A program made the translations under genes and the position numbers. Below the pieces are notes generated by a model that worked only from the letters and a program-made list of their open reading frames with translations, made no database searches and was not told the origin of the DNA. A DNA stretch of 58,521 bases, filler included, from Bipalium vagum (Eukaryota), in the NCBI GenBank assembly GCA_037834085.1. It is 3 parts of 3 records of this genome, joined end to end, with 100 filler letters (N's around TTAATTAATTAA, not from the genome) between each part and the next. Parts side by side here need not be neighbours in the genome. Positions count along the whole stretch, not along the records: positions 1 to 19,802 come from JBBMKC010267463.1; positions 19,903 to 42,214 come from JBBMKC010223343.1; 1 more part is not named here. The stretch is one strand, 5' to 3'. This document shows, in pieces, positions 13,917 through 28,200 of the stretch (position 1 is the first letter of the stretch; each line of letters opens with the position of its first letter).

Positions 13917-16900
13917 TTATTAAAGAGCTTAATATCATAGAAAATTCATCAGAATTTTCTTTCATGACTTCGTGGCTTTGTAATTATTTTTTTGTTATTG
14001 CAGTATCAGTTGCCAATACTTTCCTGTGAAGCCCTCAGAATTACAGATATTACAGGATCTGTGAGCTATTGGTTATCGTATTGGTTATAAACGGCAAACG
14101 TGCGGAGTTAGTAGTTTAAAAATCACTAAAAAATATTCTTGTTACTCATTGTGAAAGATGTAATTACCAATTTTGAAAAACGAAGCAAAAGAAAATGATG
14201 ATTTACGATATTCATCGATAAACTTTGTTGACAAGGAGATTGTGTAACAGTATTTCATTTTCTGATTATAATTACGACTAGGCTAAGGCTGACCACGAAT
14301 GACATATTAGGGTATTCATGGTTGATCTGGAAGCCTGGTACCAATACCCCGGCTCGGTGAAGCGTATCTTTCGTTTTTATTTTCAATTAATTTTATTCGA
14401 TATCATAATCAAATTAGTCATATTTTCCTAATTTTTCTATTCCATTAAATATCATATTAGGTCTTGAATTGCTCATATTGTTATATTATTGTTTCATTGT
14501 ATCTTATTTCATTCAACATTATATTTGAGCACAAATATGTCTTAATGTTCTTGCCATCTTTATTATCCTTATAAGAGCAATGTTGGAAAACAGCTGGTGT
14601 TATTTTAACTGAGTACATACATATCATGAGTGCGATTTAGAATTGTGTTGACTAATAACCGTGATTTTTAGCGTGATTAATATTGAAATTTAGTTTATTG
14701 ATTTGAATTGACTTAAAAAATCCTAGTTTTAAAGGTTATTTTTGGTTTATTAGTAGGATTATTGTAGAACCTAACCAATGAGAAATATTGGCTCAGATAA
14801 TCATAGCTGTTTAATATTAAAATATTGAAAATTATGATCACCAGTGACTTTCAATGTCATTATCGAATTTACTCATTACCACAGAAAATTTCTTTTCATG
14901 TACACATTTCATTTTCTGTATTTATAGCTTGCAATATGATCTAAATGTTTAACCTTTTTAAGTTTTTGAGAAAATATGCTCATTTGAATTTTTATGTTGT
15001 CGTTTCCTTTATATATACATAATAATAGCCCTCATATTTAACTTTATAAATAATGATGAAATGTTGAAATTTTGAATTTTAGAATTAAATAACATTTATT
15101 AATAAAAATCTTTTTTTAATTAAATAGTAAATATAAAATACATGTCTTACAAGGATGCTGTTAAAATTTGGTTTGCAATTTTTAAAACCAAATATCATGT
15201 AATATGAAAATATGTTACTGATTTAAATCTTTATTAAGTTTAAATAATTTTTCTATTCAAAATAAGTAAAATTAACGGGAGGTCTTGTTGTATATTTATT
15301 AAGTCAAGAAAGCTTCAACAGAGACATACCGCTTTCTAGTAGAAATTTGATTTTTCTAAAATATTTTTTACGAAATAGACAGAAAATATTATTTGAAAAA
15401 AAATTGATTTATTCTGAATAAACCAGAAGATTTAAATAAAATTATGAAGGAAATTTTTTTTTGTTATATAGAATATACAATATTTAAATATTTTAGTAAA
15501 AGTTAAGAATTCAATTCCACATTTTTTTAAATTTATAATAGATTATTCATGTCTATAAAAACCTAGAAAACATAAGCTGATTGAATATTGTTTCAGATTT
15601 TTTATTTTGATTTATTTATTTTATAATGAATAAGATAAATATCTCATTGAAGATCTCTCACGAGATGATTACTTAGACAGCTTTGATAAATAATGAAAAT
15701 ATTTTAATAAACAAAGTACATTAGCATTGCTATTGACATGGGAATATTGATTTATATTTCTTAAAAGAAGTAAAACGCTTTCTTTAAAAGAGCTGCATAT
15801 ATTTTACAAAGTAGTTGATTAATTAAAAAATTAAACTATAAAAAGAAATGAAAATTAGAATAAATTAATTGTTTGGAATGGATTTTTTGGTCAAAATTTT
15901 CTAGGATATCAGTATCTATATTTCATTCCAATTACTTTTTTTCTCAAAATTTAAATCAATAATTTTAGGTTATTTTAATTTTTATTCGTAGAAAATCATT
16001 TGTTTCAATCATATTATCTTAATTTTCAATATCCAGTTTTTCCAAAATTTTTAAAAAAATCCCTTAAAATTATTTCTACATATTAAGATATACGAAAAAA
16101 TTTTTACCGTTCAGGCATTTAAAAGAAATAAAAACATTTTATATTATTTAGTATATCAATTTTAACTAAATTTTTACACCGATATTTAATTGGACAGTAT
16201 TTTTGATAATGCTGAGTTGTCAATATCATTTATATTTCATTTATTTTCATACAGAAATAACCAATAGGATAATGTGATAATAATTATTTTTATTAATTAA
16301 GTAGTAGAATATAATTCACTGATTTGTTGAACTTTTATGAAAAGATATTGAGTAATTTTCTTTAGATCTCTACAAAACTCAGATTTTCAAATGGAGGTGT
16401 AGTTGGATTTTGATAATGTTCTGTATGCTTTCTTATAATTATGAAATTTATAGATAATAAGTACAACTGTTATAATTAACCAGGTATGCTTGATATATGT
16501 TGGTTTAAAATCAAAATGGGAATCAACAATTACTTTTCTATGAATCATCATTAATTAGCAACTATTCACCTCATTTAAAAAATTAAAAACTTGAAAACTT
16601 TTCATCGATTGTGGTATGACTTAATTTCTAATTTGTACTCATACCTAAATCCTATCACTATTAGATGGAACAACAATATTTTTTACCTACTTTAATATTT
16701 AATAACATTTTAGAAACTATGATATTAAATATTTAATCTAATATAGAATAAAAAATAATTTTTCAACAGTTGTCAATATTTATTCAAAAGAAGTAATTAT
16801 TTAAAAACTAAATAGAGATTCAATAGACCTAATTTCATAAATTTGTTTCTTCAGCAAATACAAAAGTAGAATTGAAATTTGTAAAAATTTATTTATAATA

Positions 16901-18784
16901 CACATAGAAGAAATTTGAGAAGCTAAATATATGAAATAATTTTTATTACTTTCTAACTTGTTTGAAATTATGACAAAATTTTGATTTTAACAGCTTTAAT
17001 AAATTAATATAGTATATAGTTTCTAAGAAAATTTTAATTTATACCAAATATAATATTTAATCATTAAATAAAATCAGTCAAAGTTTTGTATATTTTAATT
17101 ATTTGTTAAATTGTTTAAATAATCCAATGGATGGTCAATGATAACGTATTTAAATTTAAGAAATTATTTCTTTTTGACCTTGAATATCATTTACTTCATT
17201 TATTTCAGTGATTTTTGTAAGAAGTATTGTTTAATGATTTACAACTATGGGAATAGGTTTATATAACTAAAATTTTTTTATTATGATTTCTTAATTTTAA
17301 GGATGCTATTCTCTTGAAAGGCCGAAAATAAATTTTTCAGGACAAACAATAGAAATATCAAAACCTGCTTATGGATCAAAAACTATCATTTCTTTAGATT
17401 TTCCCTTTGTAAAAAAGTAACATATTATATAAAAATTTTAAATTTGCATATTTTTAAAGTGATTTGCATATTTATATTGCTATTTACTAATTAGAAGCAT
17501 TAGTAAGAATGTTTCATTGAATTTATAAAAATTTGAATTGGGAAAGAAGTGAAAAATTTATAATATTTTAATATAATATTAATGAAATTTAAAAAATAAT
17601 TTGACAGTCTTACCTAAACACTAATCTTCAAAGATTTATATAAAAAATTTTATATTGAATAACTGTCGTACCTTTTCAAAAAATGATGTGTTGTACATTA
17701 TTTTTATTAACAGAACCAAATTTTTTGTAATGAATATAACTTTGTAATAATAATTAATATTTTCTATATTTCTTTAAAATCATATAATTTAGTTATACTT
17801 TTCAGATATTTAAAAAAAGAAAATTAATTTTTTTCTGGTATATTTTTGTATCAATTTTTATATTATTTAAATTTGTATAATTTTTTAGGCACTTGTTCAC
17901 TATACCACTTTTATAGTTATCCGAAAATAAAAAAAATAACACTTAATATTTAAATATTTTTAAAAAGAAAATTTCCGTTACACTAAATATTCAAATCGGT
18001 TTATTTTGAATTAGTATGTCGACAGAAATTTGTAAATATATGAATAAAGATGTGTTCGATTATTAGAATTAAGGAGTTGGTGAAGTTCGAGCTAAAGTTA
18101 CATATTTCGATTATGGAAAATAGTAACAATATTGTTAAAAATATTTTTATTGAATATATAAAAGAATATTCTATACAGATAACAGTACCTAACTCACTGA
18201 AAAAATCATTAACTTTCATTATTACATTTATTTTAAAAGGAACCTTCGAACTCAACAACTAATATTAAAATTAGAAGTCTGTTAATAGAATCTTCAGGGT
18301 GATCATAGTCTAGTGAAATTAATTAATTTTCTCATAAGTTTCGTTGCACAATTCATTCGTATGGTTACTATATAGTTCTTTTTTCTGTTTCTCTATAAAT
18401 TTTGGATGTAAGAAAATAAAGTTGGTATATTTCCAGGATAACGTAACATTTTAGAATTTTAATAATTTTAAACTTTATTTTACTTGTAGCTATATCACCA
18501 ATCTAAGAAATTATCTGAAAATATTAGCTAATTATTATGACAAGTAATCCTGTTTTTAACAGCTATTTCAATAAATTCAGACATGATTTCTAAACTTTTA
18601 TTATTCTAATAAAAATAAAAATGCTTAAACAAATTTCCTTAAATTAATAAATTTAAATAAAGTGTCTCTGTTAGTATTTTTTAAAAAAGATATTTTAAAA
18701 TTAACTGATAAATTAAATTAATGAATATTCATATCGGATTTTAAAAAGGTCACTTTATAAAAATTTAAAAATTCAAAAATATGT

Positions 18785-19802
18785 TCAAATACTCACATCC
18801 CCTCCTTTCAAGAATTTTTTAATTTTTACAACATTCCTCACAATCAGTTTCCCATTTCTGTCTTCAAGTAGGTATCTTCTGTCATGGATTTTCCTGTTGA
18901 CTGTATATGGTTTTTCGTATCTTTCTTTATCTTTGCCAACCACTTTTACCAGCACTTCGTCACCAAGTTCGAACATTCTTCTTGTTTACATTACATTACG
19001 GATTACATTAACAGCATCAATATGTTCTCTAAATCTGAGAATATCATCATTGGATATTTCAAATTTTTCAATTTTTTTTTAACACATGGTGACAATTATT
19101 TTTTCGAATTCTTTTGTTTTCACTAGACTGTTCGACTAGTGCTTTGAAAACTTTAGATTAGAAAACATTTCCACAATCTGCATGAATTTCCTTCGCTGCA
19201 CCGTGTTTATATATCCATTTTTCCGTTATACGTTTGCTGACTGTCTCCTCATCTTGTTTCATGATCGCTGTGAATGAAATGTACCTGCTATACTGATCTA
19301 TAATCGTGAGTATATACAGTTTCCTTCAAAATGTTTCTTTTAACGGGCCAAAGATGTCTATATATATTATTTCAAAAGGTTAGTCTGCTGTTAATTTTAT
19401 TGTACCTTCTTTCGTCTTTGTTGTTACAACTTTATGTTTCTGACATATTGCACATTGTTGAATAACTTTAGTGACTCTCTCTCTCAAGTCTTTCATGTCG
19501 TATAATTCGGATATATACTTTATAACCTTTTCGGTTCCCGCATGTGTTAGGGATTTATGTACTTCTTCCACTAATCATTGGCTCTTGGTTTTTGGAATCC
19601 ATATCTTCCCTTCTTTCGTCTTGACCAAGCTATCTTCCAAAGGAAAATTAAATGGGCTTCCATTTTCAATATACCCTTTGATCTGATTGATCTCATCTTC
19701 ATTATTCTGATATTTATATTCTGTTGCTTCATGTACAGTATTTATGGCTCTAGTCTTTCTTTTTTCAGTTTTAGGTTCTTCATGTATCATCATACACTGA
19801 GA
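18785..19802 (-). mobile_element. Ty3/Gypsy LTR retrotransposon pol 3' end (integrase), pseudogenised and cut by assembly gap
   Basis: HHCC zinc finger (HKSLTH…CAIC), core PFEIIYIDIFGP…IIDQYSRY…IHADCGNVF, GPY-like C-terminus (FELGDEVLVK…KPYTV). Polypurine tract GAAAGGAGGGGA (18809-18798) is followed by TG at 18797. Several in-frame stops. Confidence 0.9.
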
Positions 19803-19902
19803 NNNNNNNNNNNNNNNNNNNNNNNNNNNNNNNNNNNNNNNNNNNNTTAATTAATTAANNNNNNNNNNNNNNNNNNNNNNNNNNNNNNNNNNNNNNNNNN
19901 NN
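19803..19902. other. Artificial scaffold linker N44-TTAATTAATTAA-N44
   Basis: Exactly 100 nt. The 12-mer has stops in all six frames, and an identical construct occurs at 42215-42314. Confidence 0.95.
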
Positions 19903-20640
19903 TTACACAACAATAAATAAAGATTTAATTGCATGCACACATGGAATTATAGTTATTGATCACAAAATTATAGTTCAAAATTATAGTTATTGGGATCCAC
20001 TTGACTTTGATGGTAACGGCACCTTTGTGGTTTTTGGAAGAGGGTTTTGAGGTTTTGGTCGTAGCCTCCACAATCCTAAAAGGGAATTGACATTTCCCAT
20101 TAATAAAATTGGTATACGGCTGATTAGTCGTCGATCAAAATACTATATAAGGAGAAGGATTCTACCATAAATTCGCCCACAATCACGAGAGCAGCCAGGA
20201 GAAAGGAACTCTTAAGAGAATCGTATTCGTATCGAAAATCAGTCTACTACAAAAGTATTTTTTCCTCTAAAGGTAATTTGCCTGGGATCGTGTTTAAGTT
20301 CCCCACCAGAGGGCTATTTTTAAGTAAGTGTAAAGCCTCAGCTAATAGTCCGGGAAGCTTAAACGAAGATTAGTCGTAAGCTTATTCCATTTTGTTTTTT
20401 TTACTATTATCATCTTAATTTTATTATCGGTTAAAACTTAGTAATTTTATTATATTATTTCATATTAACTATTGATTAACTTTAGGTATTGATTTGTGTT
20501 CTTAACTCGAATTTTATTAACTATTGTGTTTGATTGATAATTAAAGACAATTGCAGACATTTCAGATCCTATTGCGATCCCTTTTCTCTTGAGTTTGACG
20601 ATTTTGTGTAATTGTTATCACTGTGATTTCGTGTGAAGTT
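19903..20640 (+). repeat. LTR-like segment (possible solo LTR)
   Basis: GC-richer than its flanks, short direct repeats (AATTATAGTT x3), TATA box TATATAAGG at ~20144, no ORF, and next to Gypsy sequence across the gap. Boundaries uncertain. Confidence 0.35.
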
Positions 20641-21952
20641 TTTGTTATAAATATAAGTTTTCAATCAAATGTTACAATCGTCAATCACACTAAAAATCAA
20701 ATGTCGTGAATAATAATCAATTAAATTAAAATGAAAATTAAATGTGAATAAAGATTAAATATCAATTAATTTAAAAAGAAAAAAACAACAAAATCACGAT
20801 ATTTTCACCACTTGTGCGACTCGGGGACTCCTTGTCTCTCGTGGTGAGATTGTATCGATTTTCCTTTTTGTTATTTTTTTCTTTTGTGATCTTAACTATA
20901 ACTCAAATCGATTTCATTATTTATTTATTTTCATACCTTGGTTATTTGATATCACGAAAATTGACTCGGTAGTTTATTGACATTGATTAGTGGATTCGTG
21001 ATTTTTCTTTTCCTTTAAACGGTTATTTTAACATTTTTGAATTCAAGTGTTATTAGTTTTGTAAATTAAGAAAGTTTTTTGTGAGATTTTGATTCAATAA
21101 AGGTAAATTTGTGTAGCTATAATAGTGAACGAACACATTTTATAGTGATGAGTTATTGATTTGCGAGCGAAAGTTACTTTAAAAAGGATATATTAGTAAC
21201 ATTATCATTATTTTTAATAATTAATATATAAGGAGATCGTATTAGTAATCTTATATAACTTGAACCAACTAATGATTGATATCCACGTAAGCTAATTCTA
21301 CTTTCTACTTAAGCGCTCAACCAGAACCAGTTAATTCTTTTTCTTCTATATAATTATTTAATCTTGAAAATATATATTCAGAAGTATGTTCAATTTTACT
21401 GTAATCAAATATTATAAAAAATTATCAGAATAAAGATTATACCTAAAAATTGATCATCTCTTTTATATTCACATTTTAATTTGAAAAACATTTTTTTGTT
21501 TAATATGAAATAACTTTATTAATAAATTTTAAAAAATCTTTTAATTCATTTAGAGATTTTACTTTTTGACTAGATTTGATTAATTCATATTTTGAGTCTA
21601 AAAGTTTATTCATCTCATTATAACTTTTAGCATTACAATTTTTAATTAAATATTTTAATTATTTGTTAAAATTTTTATCAAAATAAAATTAGCTGTAAAT
21701 TTTAACAACATTTTACAAAAAAAATTAAAATAATTGATAACAATAATATTGATTTTATGACAAAAGGAAATTCAGAAGTATTTTAAAATCCAATTTCAAT
21801 AACCGAAATCGATTATTTTATAATCATTATTATTGATCTTAATAATCATCATTGATTTTTAAAAACAATAAAAATCGATAAAATGGATTTTTTAGAAAAT
21901 ATTTATCAAAATAAGCTTGTTCACATTTTCCAGATAAAACCATCTATATTCT

Positions 21953-24099
21953 TCAACCGTAAAACAGCCATGCGATCGGGTATCGAATGACGAAAGCTGT
22001 CACTGTGCAAAACACCTGAAAAAATAAAGAATGCAATGAGAGAGATATGCGAAAGATTACAAATGTAATGAGACAGCTATGATGGAACAAGGAACAGAAG
22101 AAAGGTGAGATGTTAAAAAATCGTTCGTTACTTGGAAACCGAGTAGGTTTTTAGTCAGAATCGATTCGTGTTCATCGCCAAAAATGAGGAGCCACAGATT
22201 GATGATTGTCAGATTATTGATCTCAATAAACCCATCCTCGTGATATGTGACTCTGATCAATCGCAGCGACTTCAGCACCATGAAAGAGACCTTACCCAGT
22301 ACATTCACCGATTCAAGTTTGAACTTGGTTGTCGACGTGCTGACTTTGTTTGTCGATGGAACAAAGCTAAAACCATTATAAGGTGAAGGTTACACGTCGC
22401 ACAGTTTTACAATCAATGGGGATATCGATTCGGAAATTCATTCACATTACTTTGAGAAGATTATACAAATTATCAAAAGAAATACCGATAATGATTTTTA
22501 TTTTAAAATTTTCAATTAATTTTTCAATATTACTATTTATTGGTTAAATTTTAAAATACTTTTTAATAATAACTATAAATAATGAAAAAACGATTTTTAA
22601 TAAAATTTATTTGTAAAACTTTTCTTTAATTATTATATTTTGATTTTATCACATTTTCGTCATCTGTTTTTAGTTGTCTTTCTTTATAGTAAATTGTGTG
22701 AATGAGTTACCAATAACAACGTAAATTTCGAAGTCAAAAAAAGATATCGATTTTCAATCAATCGATAAAAAATAAAAACAAACCGAGGTAATCGATGACG
22801 AGGACATGGTAGGAAGTGAAACAGTTGCGGAATAGAATAGATGAAATTGATTATCTGCGGAATGAAGAACAGAAGAAGCGTTTTGCTGAAATGTCCCAAA
22901 ATGCCGACGACAGCAAAAGTCATTCCGGAAAAATAGCAAAACGTGTCGCCAACGAACGCTTCCGCCGGATACCTGTGGTGAATGAAATGAATTTTGATTC
23001 ATACCAAGCCAGACAAAATTAACCAATTGAATTTCAACAGCCCCATACACACGAAGCAGTAAGGGATCATGAAGAACAGTGAGAACGTGTGATATTGCAC
23101 CAGCACTCCTGCACGGAAATTGATCAATTAATCAATGGAAATTAATTTATCAAAAATCAAATAGAAATTTGAATCGATTTCGAACGGAATTAAATCCAAC
23201 TTTGTGAATCGATTTAAATATTTCATTTCAATTTCAATCAACGAAATTAAATTGATAAATATTAATACTCTTCTATTATTATTAATTATTCTTATACGGT
23301 TTAAAAGTAATCCACACGTACCGGAAACTATCTCAATTAAATTGAAACAGCAAATTGAAATCGCTATGACCATGCTTTGGCCGGCCTCAATTCCATTGAT
23401 CCCAGCGTATATATTAATGGCATTCGTGCAAAACACGGCCAACATCCCCATATAAAGGTAATACAAAAACCCAATATCGACAGCATTGCCGAAAAGATTC
23501 CTCACAATGACCGGTAAGACAATATATGTCGTTCCGTTGGTAATGTAATACACGATCAGTAGTGGCAAGGAAGCAATGGTTGGCAACAAAAGCTTATGTC
23601 GCCATTTTAGTTCTAAGACATCGTCCACAAATCCCAACAAAGTCATACAACAAATCGACAATAGCCCGGCCAAATGTTGGATGAACTAAAAAGTAACCTG
23701 TTACCATAGTCAATATTAGTTAAATAATTACATCGGTTTTGGGAAATTCTTCAGAATACATCAGATATTGACGATTCGATATTGGCATGAACAGGAACAT
23801 TATAATAAAATAGGTGACACCACACCAAAGACCTTGTGCTTCGGGACTTAAATTGACGAAACACACATATATATATCGACTAGATGTCACTAATAATCTT
23901 ACATTTTTGCTGAAGATAATTTATTAAGATCTTTTCCTGACAAATTTGTCTTCGACTCATTCAGAAACATGTAAGCACAGCTTTTGATCAATCGCTTCAC
24001 CAAAACATACCCAATATATGACATAAGGCATAGTACAGAAATGTTAACAAACCAATCTTTAAATTTTTCAAAACAGAATTTATTGTAACACTTATCCAT
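21953..24099 (-). CDS. DPAGT1: UDP-GlcNAc:dolichyl-phosphate GlcNAc-1-phosphotransferase (ALG7/GPT)
   Basis: Seven phase-consistent exons: 24099-23903, 23846-23732, 23685-23322, 23108-23024, 22972-22784, 22366-22132, 22015-21953 = 415 aa. Motifs [71 protein letters not shown]. Confidence 0.97.
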
Positions 24100-24289
24100 T
24101 TTTTGAAATGACAAAATTTGGTATGCTAAAAATAATTTATTTAAACAAAACCAATTATATGAAAAAATAATTTCTTAAATAATGACTGAAAAATATTTTT
24201 CTATCAAATTATACAAAAATATTAAACCCTTAAAAAACTAAATTTCTATTTTGCAACCACAATACTACAGAAATATAAAGAATACAATC

Positions 24290-24750
24290 TTTAAATCCAC
24301 ACATAATTATAAACATTCTTTTTCAAAAATGACTGAATTTGATATTTTATTATCTTTGTTCCTTAATAAAATCCAGTAAAAAAAATACCTAGTCAAATAC
24401 TAAGAATATAGTTTTCTTAAAAGAATCATAAATTCCTTATATCTTAAACACAATAGTAGAGAAGTATTCACAAATCAATCTTTAGATCTTCCAAAACAAA
24501 ACATAACTTTTTCTCATTTTTTGAAATGAACGAGTTACTATTCGTAAAAATAGTTTATTTAAACAAAAGCAATTAAATAAAATATTAATATATTTCTGTA
24601 TCAACAGCTTTTGTACATGACTGAAATCCATTAAAATACTTCCCTATCAAATTATACAAAAATATCGTTGCCTTAAAAAAATTATCGTCCTTTATATAAT
24701 ATTGCAATCACACGTTTAAAAACTGATTTTTTTTTCAACCAATTTTAACG
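24290..24750 (-). pseudogene. Decayed tandem copy of DPAGT1 exon 1 plus its upstream region
   Basis: Minus-strand TTTTGTTTTGGAAGATCTAAAGATTGATTTGTGAATACTTCTCTACTAT aligns with exon 1 TTCTGTTTTGAAAAATTTAAAGATTGGTTTGTTAACATTTCTGTACTAT. Upstream blocks (catttttTgaaatga, tttatttaaacaaaa, ctatcaaattatacaaaaatat) recur ~420-440 nt apart. Confidence 0.75.
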
Positions 24751-25233
24751 GTAAAAATCCAAAAACAAAAAAAACTTTTATCGAGAAATGATTTTCTTTT
24801 TTACGTTAGCACTTGTCACAATAAATTTTAGTTCGATGACTGAACAATCAATCAATACTATGTCGATATTCATTATACATTAATCAATACACAAAAATGT
24901 ATATATAATCAATAGAATCTAATAATTTTTACAAATAAGGACATTTTTCAAAATCAATATTTCATATTATATTAAAAGATCTTTTTTCACCATCATTAAA
25001 AGAAATGAAAACACAAATCAGAAAATCTATCAGACAGACAGAGTGAAAGGGAGTGAGAGGAGAGAGAGCAAGTAATAAAAATATTTACACACAGTACAAA
25101 ATTTTGCGGAGGAATTTATAAATATTATTTTCTTTCCTTTTTCTCACAGAAAGAACAGAAGAAGGAACCATCAGCCCGACTGATCTCGGTTTCCCCCACG
25201 TGGTTCTCCAAAATTACACAATTACATATTTTT

Positions 25234-28200
25234 TCAAGAAATAATCATTTCGTTCCCTTGCACCGCTGACGACAGCTGACCGTTGTTGCCGCCACCGTTA
25301 TTGTCCTTTTCACAGAAGCTCAAATCGTTAAAGGTCAAAAACGATTTGCATTTCCGAATGTTTGCTGCAGCTGTGTCGGAGGAGCTATGTACGTTTTCCT
25401 GGTTCTGGGGATGGTCGTCTAGCTGCTGCTGCTGTCGGTCCTGTTGTTGCTCGTCGTCGTGATTACTGAGCAGGTGTAGCACTCCGGAAATCGATTGTGC
25501 CACCGTTTGGTCAAGAACGGTGGAAATCACTAAATTGAGCATCCTGACCTCGTGGTCTCGACTGAAACGGCCCCGGTTCACCGAGTGACTGGCAATTCGG
25601 TTCAGCAGCGCCCCAGACTGTCTGAGGAATTCCAGACTCGTTCCCATCAGCTCCGGTCGTGCCTGTAACGCTTCCATGCCCATCGTGTCGACAACCTGGC
25701 GAATCTGCGATTCCGTCGTTTCAATGAAGCTGATCAGGCCGTTGATGACATTGGGCCGAGCGCTGGCCAGGTAGAGGCAACCGATCCCGTTTTCGCCACC
25801 CATCGACAGGTAGTGCATGACGGCCAGCGACATCTCCCTGACAACTTGCTGGTCAGAGTAACAAAAAGACGAGGTCAGGTAATCAAACAGGTCACGAATG
25901 ACAGAGTCACATCGATCCCCTTTGTGGTCATTATTGGTGTGAGACGTTAAAATAAAATCGATATTTTTCTCGTGAACACATAGTCTCATGATGCTCTCCA
26001 GCGCCAATCGACGACAGCCCAAAAATCGATGATTTGGTGAGAGAGCGTCTTCGGCTGCTGCTGAATCTGGGCATGTTAGCCAATGGAGCAATCCTTCAAT
26101 GATTGGTCGAACGATGGCGTCGTGGTACTTGCTCAATTCCAAATATGACGAAATGTTGACCAGTGTGACGAAAACGTGTTCTCGAATATCATCGATCCAC
26201 CTCAACCACCAATAATCATTGATGTTAATGATATTTAACGATTGCTGCTGTTTATGCCGCCGCCTCCATTCATCATTATCGGTGCCATGCTCGTGACCTA
26301 GCAACAATAATCGTCCAAGAATCACCAAGGTCGTTCGATTGGAACCGATAATTCGATCGTTCCCATTTAAAAAACTCAAATTCCTTATGGCATTCGACAC
26401 GCAGATGCATCGCAACATTTTCTCTTCGTCCGATTCGTTGATTTTGAAAAACAGTGTTTCACTGTCATCGATTGATTCTGATTTGGCACCGCCTCCTATC
26501 ACTCGATAACGATTGTTGTTGTTGTTATCGTCGTTGTCGATACTCCTCTTTCTCCTAGTCCTACTTTTTCTTACTGATGTTGCTGTTATCGTTTTTCTTC
26601 TATCAACAATTTTTCCGTGAGGGAGTTTATAATTTATTATGACTTGATGGTGATTATCATCAAATTGCACCGGATTGGAAGATGGAGACGGAGAAGGAGG
26701 ACGATAATGAATCGTTAACGAAGACGGAGACCCATCAGGAGATGTACATCGCGGCCGATCACTGAACGAGTTATGATCCGGTGTGGGATGACCGTTGCTC
26801 TTTTCTTCTTCACCATCATCAGTATCGCCTTCGAAGTTTTCGTCGACATCGTCCTGGACGACAGAAATGTCAAAAACATTTTCTAACTCAAAAACCCATT
26901 CTTTATTGATTTTTTTATTTTGTGACATAAGCGGCGGTAAAATATGAAAACTGGAATCAGCTCCACCGAAATCCAAAAGACTACTCAAATTAGTCGTTGT
27001 CGGTGGTATTTTCAATTTTGACGAAGATTTGTTGTCATCATCAAAATAATTCTCATTGTTTCTTTTTCCGGTACCGTTACTATTAGTTTTATCGAGAACT
27101 GAACACGACGAAGAATCACAGCACATTTTGATAATAAAATTCGTCAAATCAAAATCGCCTTCAAGAGCGTATTCCAATTTCGGATTCAAATCCAGCTTGA
27201 CAGTGAGGCCCGATCGATTGATACTGTATTTTGCGCCGTGCAATAAATTTACGATTTTGTCTTGAGCACAATAAAAATCATCATCTTCTACGGTTTTCGT
27301 GTTAATAATTTTTGATCGACCGATCGATTCTCCGCCGCTTCCGCTACCGCCACAATCGTGTTTCAATTGAAATCTTTTCAATACTGTTTCGATTTTAATA
27401 ATTTTGGCTTTAATTTGCGCATTGTTGACCGAATTTTGATCGAGTAGTACTGGAAGTTCCAAATCGTCAATGAACATATCGCGACCGAAAATGCTGCCGA
27501 GACTGTTTCGCCAGATGTCCACAAGAGACTGAAACATGGGCATCAGATTCTTTAGGTTCAGCTTTTCCAAATAGGCATCGTCTTTTGTCCAAATATTCAA
27601 ATAGTTTAGTGCCCAACTGACCTCGGCAACCAGTCCCGATTTCAGAGCCATAGTAATGGTATTTGGATTAAATGCTTCTAAAAATGGAATTTCGGAAAAA
27701 TTATTTTTAAAAAAAGAGGGCAATCTCACTGATATCTTTGGAAACGTACTTTCTTTTTCGACTGTAATCAGGCTGCGTTGCTTCAACGGAATCAGATGGA
27801 AACAAACTGTCGAATCGTTTTAACCCGTTCAGGTTGCATTTCTAAAATAAATGTGGAAAATAGACAAAGTAAACAAAAAATTATAAATAACATTTCTAAT
27901 AAAAATTAAATATTGATTTTTAATATCAATTAATTTTTAAATTATTTATAATTAAATTATATTATTCAATATTATATCGATTTCCTCTGTATTTTATGAA
28001 TTGATTTCCAGACTCAATTTCTTGATTAATGATTCACAATTTTTCTTTAATTATAAAAAAGTTCTTTATTAGTACACAAAATTCATTTTCATTCATGCAC
28101 GTCTTTCCTTTCTTTATAACTAGCGGTGTGATCCAGTCTTCTTTTCTACATTTTTTGGAATGATTGCTTTTACTTCTTTATCATCTTTTCAATTTTCATA

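Noticed and set aside
19847-19858. TTAATTAATTAA palindrome between N runs (also 42259-42270)
   Set aside because: Identical 100-nt constructs with six-frame stops: an assembly linker, not biology. Adjacency across these joins is therefore unverified.
27678-27786. N-terminus MKQRSL… of the 850-aa ORF as a separate gene start
   Set aside because: TTG start running through a 52-nt intron. The conserved ARID1 motif FPSDSVEATQP is in another frame and splices into this ORF.
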